Part shown: in pieces, positions 56,806-64,000 of the stretch
Position numbering within the stretch: position 1 is the first letter of the stretch
Layout of the letters: each line of letters opens with the position of its first letter
Assembly (NCBI GenBank): GCA_963695095.1
Contig: CAVOFT010000001.1
Location: 1,565,881 to 1,629,880, forward strand
Direction of reading: 5' to 3'
Source: an uncultured bacterium
GTDB lineage: Bacteria > Krumholzibacteriota > Krumholzibacteriia > JACNKJ01
DNA: 64,000 bases
Program-made: the position numbers and the translations under genes
Notes under the pieces: model-generated
The model's database searches: none
Seen by the model: only the letters and a program-made list of their open reading frames with translations
Told to the model about the DNA's origin: nothing

Positions 56806-59246
56806 TTGCCGAGGCCCCGCGATCTCCCCCGCCGTCGGCGCCGCGCGAGGAAAGCGCCCGGCAGGAGCAGGGCCGCCGAGGCGGCCAGGATCCAGGCCGC
56901 ACGCGGCGAGCGCTGGGCGGGGGCGGCGCCGGCGAGCGCCGCCACGGGATGCGCGCCAAGGCCGGTGAGGATGAAGGCTGCCCGATCCCGCAGGGGATAG
57001 CCCTCCCTCGCCATGGCGAGGCGAGCGAGGCCCAGCGCATGGTCGCGCTCCTCGCCGCGGCGCAGGGCCGCGTAGAAATGCACCATGAAGCGGCGCGCCG
57101 CCCGATCCTCGACATCCCAGAGGCTGGAGACCACGCTGCGGGCACCGGCGAGGAGGAAGGAGCGCGGCAGGCCGAAGCTGCCCTCGCCGGGCAGGACGAG
57201 ACCCAGGCTGCTGCGGCAGGCACTGAGGGTGACCAGATCGGCACTGAGGCGCAGGCTCTCCACCTCGGCGGCTCGGAGGAATTCGCTGCCGCCGTCGATG
57301 CCCGCGAGCAGCAGGGCGGCGTCGGCTCCGTTGAGCGGATTGATCAGCGCGTGGGTGGCGAAGTGAAGCACGGCACAGCCGGCGGCAGCGGCGCTCAGGT
57401 CCGCCTTGCGGGCGGCACGGCCTTCCAGTCGCCGACTGCCGGCCACGGCGATCTCGCGAATCTCCGCTCGCGCTTCGGGCAGGGGAACGCCCGCCAGGCC
57501 GCGACTCGGGTCCGCCCGCTCGCCGGCGAGCGCAGCGGGGGCCGGCGGGGGATCGGCCAGGGCCAGCATGCCCGCCCCGGCAGCGGGTCGCTCGGCGACC
57601 AGGACCAGGGCGCTGGCGCTGGGCAGGTAGCTCAGGTCGAAGCGCTCGCCGAGACTGCCTCCGGAGATGGGCAGGGCCTCGAAGGGGAAGCCCGCCAGGG
57701 CATCCGGCGGGATCAGGCAGAGCCGCGTCGCATCGGGCGGCAGCAGTGGCAGCAGGGGGGCGAGGAGTTGCTCGGCCAGGCGTGCCAGGGGCGGCGCGCA
57801 GCGCGAATCGGAGTTCCCATCCGCCATCAGGCTGAGGGCGGCGCGCACATCGTCGTCGAGGCTGGGCTCCAGCGCCAGGTCGAGCATCTGGAGGCCGCGG
57901 CCATCGACGAGGAATACGAGAAGGTGGTCATCGATGTAGCTATCGTATTGAATAAGACATGCATTGGATCTATCAAGTTCTGCCTGAACAGCGCGTAGCG
58001 CTGCCGGCTGCCCGCTGCCCAGGCGCTCGCGAAAGAGCGGCGCCCGCCCGCGCTCCGAGGTGGCCCAGCCGGCGGCGAGATCGCCGGTCCGAAGCTGGCA
58101 GCGCGCGAGCGCGGAGTAGTAGGCCGCGCCTTCGCGCTGAAGGCCGGCCCGGCTGTCGGGGGCCTCCTGCCTGTAGCGCTGGCTCTCGAAGGCGGTCACG
58201 GTCTCGCCGAGTACGGCCTCGGCCTCGCCGAGCCGGCCGAGAGCGAAGAGGGCCTCGCCCTCCAGCGCCCGCACCGAATTGAGCAGGGGGCCGTGCTCGA
58301 GCGCGGCGATCTCGGGCTTCAGGTCGCGCGCAGCGGCCAGGCAATCCGCGGCGCGGCCGGCGTCCAGCAGGAGACCGAGGCGGGCCTCGCGGCAGCGCGC
58401 CGCATAGTAGCGTTCGCCGGCGGCGTCCAGGGTGGCGATGCCGGTCTCGAGCCGAGGCAGCGCTTCGTCGCCGCGCCCCAGGGCGTCGAGGAGAGCGGCG
58501 CGACGCACGATGGCGAGGCCCAGGGCGTCCGTCCGTCCGGCCACTCTGGCCAGGGCGAGCGCCGAGTCCGCCCAGGCCAGCGCCTCCACCTGCCGTCCGA
58601 GCTGGGCCATCAGCAGGGTGCGGCGCATCAGCGTCGACAGCTGACCGCCCACGTTGCCCGCCAGGCGATCCCAGCGCTCGGCCTGCAGTGTTGCGTCCAG
58701 GGCCTCGCCCACGCGGCCCAGTTCCTGGTAGCTGTTGGCGATGTTGCCCCAGGTCACGCCCAGGCCGAAGCTGTCACCCAGGGCCTCGCGCAAGGGTATC
58801 ATCTCGATCCAGCTGGCCACGGCCTCTTCGCTGCGGCCGGCGGCCGCCCGCCCCACGGCGATCGCATTGAGCAGGCTGACTTCCGTCCTGGGCTCTCCGT
58901 GCCGGCGCAGCATGGCCAGGCCCCGCTGCCAGGTCGTCTCGGCCTCCTTCAGATGTCCGAAGCGGAAGGCGTGAATGCCCGCCCATTCGTAGCCGCGGCC
59001 CGCCGGCCCCAGGAGGCCGGCGGCTTCCAGGCTGTCCGCCAGGGCGAGCAGGGCGCCGCAATGGGCGAGCCGCTCGCTCTCGCTGCTGGGTTTGCTCGGA
59101 TAGAGGGCGGCGGCCCGCGCCATCAGCCACGTGGAGTCGGCGGCCGCCGGCGCCGCCTGAGGCCGCTCGGGAACAGCCGTGCTCAGCACTGCGCCCAGGA
59201 GCAGGGGAAGCAGGGCCAAGCGTGGCTGTGGTCCTTGGCGTCGCAT
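56802..59246 (-). CDS. secreted TPR-like/CHAT-domain (caspase-like) protein with C-terminal membrane anchor
   Basis: In-frame ATG 59246 gives signal peptide MRRQGPQPRLALLPLLLGAVLS; TPR-like repeats; CHAT motifs …VLHFATHAL… and …LVTLSACRSS…; C-terminal hydrophobic stretch plus RRRRRGRSR. Confidence 0.75.
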   Translation of the reverse strand: MRRQGPQPRLALLPLLLGAVLSTAVPERPQAAPAAADSTWLMARAAALYPSKPSSESERLAHCGALLALADSLEAAGLLGPAGRGYEWAGIHAFRFGHLKEAETTWQRGLAMLRRHGEPRTEVSLLNAIAVGRAAAGRSEEAVASWIEMIPLREALGDSFGLGVTWGNIANSYQELGRVGEALDATLQAERWDRLAGNVGGQLSTLMRRTLLMAQLGRQVEALAWADSALALARVAGRTDALGLAIVRRAALLDALGRGDEALPRLETGIATLDAAGERYYAARCREARLGLLLDAGRAADCLAAARDLKPEIAALEHGPLLNSVRALEGEALFALGRLGEAEAVLGETVTAFESQRYRQEAPDSRAGLQREGAAYYSALARCQLRTGDLAAGWATSERGRAPLFRERLGSGQPAALRAVQAELDRSNACLIQYDSYIDDHLLVFLVDGRGLQMLDLALEPSLDDDVRAALSLMADGNSDSRCAPPLARLAEQLLAPLLPLLPPDATRLCLIPPDALAGFPFEALPISGGSLGERFDLSYLPSASALVLVAERPAAGAGMLALADPPPAPAALAGERADPSRGLAGVPLPEARAEIREIAVAGSRRLEGRAARKADLSAAAAGCAVLHFATHALINPLNGADAALLLAGIDGGSEFLRAAEVESLRLSADLVTLSACRSSLGLVLPGEGSFGLPRSFLLAGARSVVSSLWDVEDRAARRFMVHFYAALRRGEERDHALGLARLAMAREGYPLRDRAAFILTGLGAHPVAALAGAAPAQRSPRAAWILAASAALLLPGAFLARRRRRGRSRGLGK

Positions 59247-59383
59247 GTGGGCCGATTCCAGTATATTGCCTATCGACAATGGTTTGTAGCCATCGATCCT
59301 AGTCGATCTGTCGCCATGGCGCCAGCTATTTTGGATCGCGGTCGGTCCCTCGCCGCCAGCGCTACCTTTTTCTCGCCTCGCGC

Positions 59384-59412
59384 TTGACATGTATACGGAC
59401 GTATAGTAGTTT
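59384..59412 (+). promoter_or_regulatory. dinB promoter candidate (TTGACA-17-TAGTTT) with palindrome TATACG-N2-CGTATA in the spacer (candidate SOS operator)
   Basis: Read directly ~60 nt upstream of the dinB start. Confidence 0.3.
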
Positions 59413-59464
59413 CTCCGTCGATGCAGGGCGCTGCGGCCTGGCCTGCGTCGGAGGTTGCTCGCCC

Positions 59465-60652
59465 GTGTTCAGGTCCTCCCCCGCCCTGGCTCACGTCGAC
59501 ATGGACGCTTTCTACGCCTCCGTGGAACAGCGGGATTTTCCCGAGTTGCGGGGGCGGCCCGTCGTGGTGGGCGGCAGCGATCCCACGCGGCGGGGCGTGG
59601 TCTCGGCAGCCAGCTACGAGGCGCGGCGCTTCGGCATCCACAGCGCGATGCCCCTGCGCACGGCCTTCCGGCTCTGCCCCCAGGCCTGCTTCGTGGCCGG
59701 TCGCATGGAGGTCTACGTGGCCGAGAGCAAGCGCATCATGGCCATCCTGCGCGAGCATTCCCCGCGCGTGCAGCCGCTCAGCCTGGACGAGGCCTTCCTG
59801 GACCTCAGCGGCACCGAGCTGCTCTTCGGACCGCCGGAGGGCACCCTGCGCCGGATCAAGGCGCGGATCCGGGAGGAGACGGGCCTGGTCTGCTCGGCCG
59901 GCCTGGCGCCGGTGAAGTTCGTGGCGAAGATCGCCTCGGATCTGGAGAAGCCCGACGGCTTCACCGTGGTGCCGCCGGACGGCGTGCTGGACTTCCTGCG
60001 CCCCCTGCCCGTGGGCCGGCTCTGGGGCGTGGGGCCCAGGACCCTGGCCCGGCTCCAGGAGCTGGGCATCGCCAGCATCGGCGATCTGGACCGCCTGGGC
60101 GAGGCCGAACTGGAGCGCCTCTTCGGCCGCTGGGGCACGCGGCTGGCCCGCCTGGCGCGGGGCGAGGATCCCCGCGGGGTGGAGGCCGAGCGGCCTGACG
60201 AGAAGTCCGTCGGCCACGAGCACACCTTCGCCGAGGATCAGGACGAGGCGCGGGTGCTGGAGCGCACCCTGCTGGAGCTGGCCGAGAAGGTGGCCCGTCG
60301 CCTGCGCCGGCAGGGCGTGGCCGGCCGCACGCTGACGCTCAAGCTGCGCACGGCCTCCTTCCGCACGCTGAGCCGATCCGTCACCGGCAGCGAGTACCTG
60401 GACCAGGGCCTGCTCATCTTCCAGACCGCCCGGCGCCTGATGAACGCGGTGGACCGCCGGGGAGAGAAGGTGCGGCTGCTGGGCATCTCGCTGCGCAATC
60501 TGATCCCCCGGGACGCCGTGCCCGGCAGCCTCTTCGCCGGCGAAGCGCCGGAGCGCGAGGCGAAGCTGGACGGCGCCATCGACGAACTGGGGGAGCGTTT
60601 TGGGCGCGGGGCCGTTCAGCGGGCCCGCCTGCTGGGAAGGAGTCGCTCATGA
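59465..60652 (+). CDS. dinB: DNA polymerase IV (Y-family)
   Basis: Catalytic motifs HVDMDAFYASVEQ and SLDEAFLD; start GTG 59465 or ATG 59501. Confidence 0.85.
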   Translation: MFRSSPALAHVDMDAFYASVEQRDFPELRGRPVVVGGSDPTRRGVVSAASYEARRFGIHSAMPLRTAFRLCPQACFVAGRMEVYVAESKRIMAILREHSPRVQPLSLDEAFLDLSGTELLFGPPEGTLRRIKARIREETGLVCSAGLAPVKFVAKIASDLEKPDGFTVVPPDGVLDFLRPLPVGRLWGVGPRTLARLQELGIASIGDLDRLGEAELERLFGRWGTRLARLARGEDPRGVEAERPDEKSVGHEHTFAEDQDEARVLERTLLELAEKVARRLRRQGVAGRTLTLKLRTASFRTLSRSVTGSEYLDQGLLIFQTARRLMNAVDRRGEKVRLLGISLRNLIPRDAVPGSLFAGEAPEREAKLDGAIDELGERFGRGAVQRARLLGRSRS

Positions 60653-61290
60653 TCATGCGCGAGGGCGGGCAAATCGACCTCTTTGTCGCGGGGGCCGCGG
60701 CGCCGCCGCGTCGCCCCCGAGCCGACCTGGACCTGGAGGCGGCCCTGGCCAATGCCCGCCGCTTCCTGGCCACAGGCAGTCACCCCGGGGACTCCCGGGC
60801 CAATCAGGCCCATCTTCCCGGTCTCCCGGGAGGCCCCGAGATCTTCGCCCTCTGCCCGGGCTGTTCGGTGCATCCGGACGGCGGCATCTTCCCGGCGGCC
60901 GAACTGGCCCGGGTGGAGGGCTGCCCCGCCGGCCCGCGCCTCGCGGCGCAGCTGGCGGCGGCCAGCGCCTTGACCGGGGGGGAGGGGCGCCAGTGGGCCG
61001 AAAGGGAGGGTTCGGCTCGCAGGGTTCCGGCAGAGCGAAACTCGCTCTCCCGCTCCTTCTCCCCGGGCATCATCGGCACCCGCCCCTGGGGGCGGGTGCC
61101 TGTCGACTTCTCCTTGACGGCCTTGGGGGGCCTGTGTTCGGGTGCCCTCGAGGCCTTGGCCGCCCCCGGCCGGCACATCCTCGCAGCGGGGAGCCGTCAA
61201 CTCCGGCGCCGCTGGTACTTTCACAGGAGGCGGGCGATATGTCGCCAACGGCTCTCACGGATCGCCAGCGATCCGTCCTGGATTTCCTGA
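60649..61290 (+). CDS. hypothetical protein between dinB and lexA (may be non-coding)
   Basis: ORF track only; overlaps dinB stop and lexA start; Gly/Pro/Ala-rich, no recognisable motif. Confidence 0.3.
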   Translation: MIMREGGQIDLFVAGAAAPPRRPRADLDLEAALANARRFLATGSHPGDSRANQAHLPGLPGGPEIFALCPGCSVHPDGGIFPAAELARVEGCPAGPRLAAQLAAASALTGGEGRQWAEREGSARRVPAERNSLSRSFSPGIIGTRPWGRVPVDFSLTALGGLCSGALEALAAPGRHILAAGSRQLRRRWYFHRRRAICRQRLSRIASDPSWIS

Positions 61291-61871
61291 GGGATTTTCT
61301 CAAGGATAACGGCTATCCACCTACAATCAGGGAGATTGCCGCACACTTCGATCTGCGATCGCCGCGGGGGGTCCAGGATCACCTCAAGGCGCTGGAGCGC
61401 AAGGGCTACATCCGCCGGGCTCCGGAGCGCTCCCGCGGCATCGAGCTGCTCGAATTGGGGGGGCGACGCTCTCCGGCAGCGAGCAATGTCCTGCGCCTGC
61501 CCCTGATCGGTCAGGTGGCGGCCGGCGTGCCCGTGCTCTCCGAGGAGAACATCGAGGAGTGGATCGAGGTCGATGCCTCCTTCGCTGCCCGGGAAGGCAA
61601 CTTCCTGCTCAAGGTGGTGGGGGACTCGATGGTCGAGGCGCACATCCTCGACGGCGACACCATCGTGGTCAGCCCCCAGGAGACGGCGCGCGATGGGGAG
61701 ATCGTCGTTGCGCTGGTGGATGACGAGGCCACGGTGAAGACCTTCTACAAGGAGCCCGGGGGAATCCGGCTGCAGCCGGAGAACGCGAATCTGAAACCGA
61801 TCTGGGTGCCGGCCGGCAGCGCCGAGGTGCGCATCATCGGCAAGGTCGTGGCCGTGATGCGCGTGCTCTGA
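61239..61871 (+). CDS. lexA: LexA repressor
   Basis: N-terminal winged helix, cleavage-site region VAAGVPV, S24 peptidase GDSM…K dyad; AGGAGG RBS 8 nt before ATG. Confidence 0.9.
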   Translation: MSPTALTDRQRSVLDFLRDFLKDNGYPPTIREIAAHFDLRSPRGVQDHLKALERKGYIRRAPERSRGIELLELGGRRSPAASNVLRLPLIGQVAAGVPVLSEENIEEWIEVDASFAAREGNFLLKVVGDSMVEAHILDGDTIVVSPQETARDGEIVVALVDDEATVKTFYKEPGGIRLQPENANLKPIWVPAGSAEVRIIGKVVAVMRVL

Positions 61872-61926
61872 ACGGGACCGCTAGCAGCGCCCGCCCCGCC
61901 CCCGGGGGCGAGGCCTCGCCTGGGTG

Positions 61927-62571
61927 CTAGCCGGTGAGGGCCTTTTCCACGGCGGCGACCAGTTCCTCGTCCAGGGGCCCGGTCCGCGAGCCGAAGCGGG
62001 CGATCAAGCGGCCTTCACGGTCCACGAGGAACTTGTTGAAGTTCCAGCTCACCTCGCCCGCCAGGGCCGGATCGCCGCCGCCGGCGGTGAGGTAATGATA
62101 CAGGGGATGCTGCGCGTCGCCCTTCACATGGATCTTGGCGAAGAGCGGAAAGCCCACGCCGTAGTTCACGTTGCAGAACTCGAGGATGTCGGCGTTGCTG
62201 CCGGGCTCCTGCCCCATGAAGTCGTTGGCGGGAAAGCCGAGCACTTCGAGCCCCTGGGCGCTGAAGCGCTCGTAGAGGGCCTGCAGGCCCGCGTACTGGG
62301 GTGTGAAGCCGCACTTGCTGGCCACGTTGACGAGCAGAAGCACCTGGCCGCGATAGGCCTCGAGGCTGGTGGGCTGGCCCTCGATCGTTTGCAGCGGGAT
62401 GGCGAAGATCGAAGTGGGCATGTCGGGCTCCGGCTCGGGGCTGCGCTTGCCGGCGCCGCCGATGAGCGGGAAGAGGGCAAGCAAGGCGATGAGAGCGCGG
62501 CGGCGTGGGATCAAGCTCGAGCTCCCGTCTGAGGGGAAGCGCCGCCGGAGTGCAGCGCGGCTGTCTAGCAT
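61927..62571 (-). CDS. glutathione peroxidase (Cys-type), with N-terminal signal-like extension
   Basis: NVASKCGFT active site and GPx fold; N-terminal RRRALIALLALFPLIGGAG suggests export; start uncertain. Confidence 0.85.
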   Translation of the reverse strand: MLDSRAALRRRFPSDGSSSLIPRRRALIALLALFPLIGGAGKRSPEPEPDMPTSIFAIPLQTIEGQPTSLEAYRGQVLLLVNVASKCGFTPQYAGLQALYERFSAQGLEVLGFPANDFMGQEPGSNADILEFCNVNYGVGFPLFAKIHVKGDAQHPLYHYLTAGGGDPALAGEVSWNFNKFLVDREGRLIARFGSRTGPLDEELVAAVEKALTG

Positions 62572-62629
62572 AGGGTAGAATATTTCCTATCTTGAGCCCA
62601 AGGTCAAGGCGAGGAGGTCAAGCTCCAGC

Positions 62630-63940
62630 GTGGACGCGGACTCCAGGAAAGCCCAGCGCATCGTCATCGTCGGGGCCGGCTTCGCCGGCGCTTACTGTGC
62701 CCAGGGCCTGGAGCGGCGTCTGGGGCGGCGGCGCGACGTGGAGATCGTCCTCCTGGATCGGCAGAACTTCTTCGCCTTCACGCCCCTGCTCGTCGAGGCC
62801 GGCACGGGCAGCCTGCAGCCCCGGCATGCCGTGGTCTCCATTCGCGCCTTCATCAAGCGCAGCCGCTTCTTGATGGCCGAGGCCACGCGCGTCGATGCCG
62901 ACGCCCGGCGGCTCTACTACCGCCTCGAGCCGGCTGCCCCGGAGTCCTACCTGGACTACGACGAGCTGGTCCTGGCCCTGGGCAGCGTGACCCGCCACCC
63001 GCCTGTCCCCGGCCTCACCGAGTACGGCTTCGGGATGAAGAGCCTGGGCGATGCGGTGGCCCTGAGGGACCGGGCCATCACCATGCTCGAGCTGGCCGAG
63101 GCCAGCGAGGATCCCGGCGCGCGCCGGCAGCTGCTGCACTTCGTGGTGGTGGGGGCCAACTTCACCGGCGTCGAGGTGGCGGGCGAATTCCTCCACTTTC
63201 TGAGGGCGGCCAGCCGGGGCTATCCCCGCCTCTCGCCCGCGGACTGCCGGGTCACCCTCATCGAGATCGGCGAGCGCATCCTGGGCGCGCTCGGGGAGGA
63301 ACTGTCTCGCCAGGCCTCCCGCCAGCTCGCGCGCGAGGGGGTGGAGATCCTCACGCGGCGGTCGGTGCAGGCGATCGGCCCGGCTTCCCTGCTCCTGGAC
63401 GACGGCCAGCGCCTCGACAGCCGCACGGTGATCTGGTGCGCCGGCATTGCCGCCCCGCCGCCGCTCTGGGACGGCAGCTTGCCCTGCGACGCTCAGGGCT
63501 GGCTGCTCTGCGCCGCCGACATGCGCGTCGCGGGGCAGGAGCGCATCTGGGCCATCGGCGACTGCGCCGTCAACGTGGATGCCGCCGGCCGCAGCCTGCC
63601 GGCCACGGCGCAGGGCGCCGTGCAGGAGGGCCAGCAACTGGCCGCCAATCTCGCCGCCGTCATCGCAGGGCGGCCGGTCAGGCCCCTGCGCTACCGCCAC
63701 CACGGCGCGCTGGCCGCGCTCGGCTGCCGCAGGGGCGTGGCGGAGCTCTTCGGCATCAAGATCTCCGGCTTCTGGGCCTGGTTCCTCTGGCGAACGGTCT
63801 ACCTCCTCAAGATGCCCGGAGCCACCCGGCGCCTGCGCGTCGCCGTGGACTGGAGCCTGGATCTCCTCTTTCCGCGCGAACACGTGGCGCTCGGCCTGCA
63901 CCGCAGCGAGCCCCCGGCGCCGCCGCGCTCGGCGCCCTGA
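62630..63940 (+). CDS. ndh: type II NADH dehydrogenase (NDH-2)-like flavoprotein
   Basis: IVIVGAGFAGAYCAQ FAD-binding and VVVGANFTGVEVAGE NAD-binding motifs. Confidence 0.8.
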   Translation: MDADSRKAQRIVIVGAGFAGAYCAQGLERRLGRRRDVEIVLLDRQNFFAFTPLLVEAGTGSLQPRHAVVSIRAFIKRSRFLMAEATRVDADARRLYYRLEPAAPESYLDYDELVLALGSVTRHPPVPGLTEYGFGMKSLGDAVALRDRAITMLELAEASEDPGARRQLLHFVVVGANFTGVEVAGEFLHFLRAASRGYPRLSPADCRVTLIEIGERILGALGEELSRQASRQLAREGVEILTRRSVQAIGPASLLLDDGQRLDSRTVIWCAGIAAPPPLWDGSLPCDAQGWLLCAADMRVAGQERIWAIGDCAVNVDAAGRSLPATAQGAVQEGQQLAANLAAVIAGRPVRPLRYRHHGALAALGCRRGVAELFGIKISGFWAWFLWRTVYLLKMPGATRRLRVAVDWSLDLLFPREHVALGLHRSEPPAPPRSAP

Positions 63941-64000
63941 TCGCCGCGCTGAAAGTGTGGCAGCCGCGGCCCGCTCCCGCTATTCTGCGCGGCATGCCCG

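Noticed and set aside
61927-62571. Glutathione peroxidase as a selenoprotein
   Set aside because: The catalytic position is a Cys codon (NVASKCGFT) and the ORF is uninterrupted.

Overview
High-GC (~70%) bacterial chromosomal segment, probably from an uncultivated lineage that uses FlgD-like/T9SS-type C-terminal sorting domains. All calls are from reading the six-frame track and the sequence by eye; no searches were run. CDS coordinates follow the ORF track; motif-level coordinates (promoters, hairpins, palindromes) may be off by 1-2 nt. Content, in order: (1) 5'-partial FG-GAP surface protein; (2) methylmalonyl-CoA pathway genes (pccB, biotin carboxylase, BCCP, split methylmalonyl-CoA mutase, epimerase) plus hbd and a crotonase; (3) tRNA-Leu, tig-clpP-clpX-lon-engB-purA, tRNA-Lys; (4) a block of secreted beta-helix and repeat lipoproteins; (5) a ZAS anti-sigma/ECF sigma pair beside an ArsR-controlled arsenic/thiol-redox operon (DUF318 permease, thioredoxin-like proteins, CcdA, ArsC, ACR3); (6) alkaline phosphatase; (7) a thioredoxin-fold/TPR gene with an in-frame TGA exactly at the first Cys of the CxxC motif, the strongest novelty candidate (selenoprotein); (8) a translationally coupled cluster of a cyt b-like membrane protein, two multiheme c-type cytochromes (~20 and ~16 CxxCH), an outer-membrane-type protein and a ferredoxin-fused flavoprotein, a candidate electron conduit; (9) rhodanese, porin, a CHAT-protease/ECF sigma/anti-sigma operon, a dinB-lexA SOS cassette, gpx and ndh. 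No rRNA, CRISPR array or recognisable mobile element was seen. About 15 single-base frame changes interrupt otherwise conserved genes, including lon and purA; consensus indel error is the simplest explanation.
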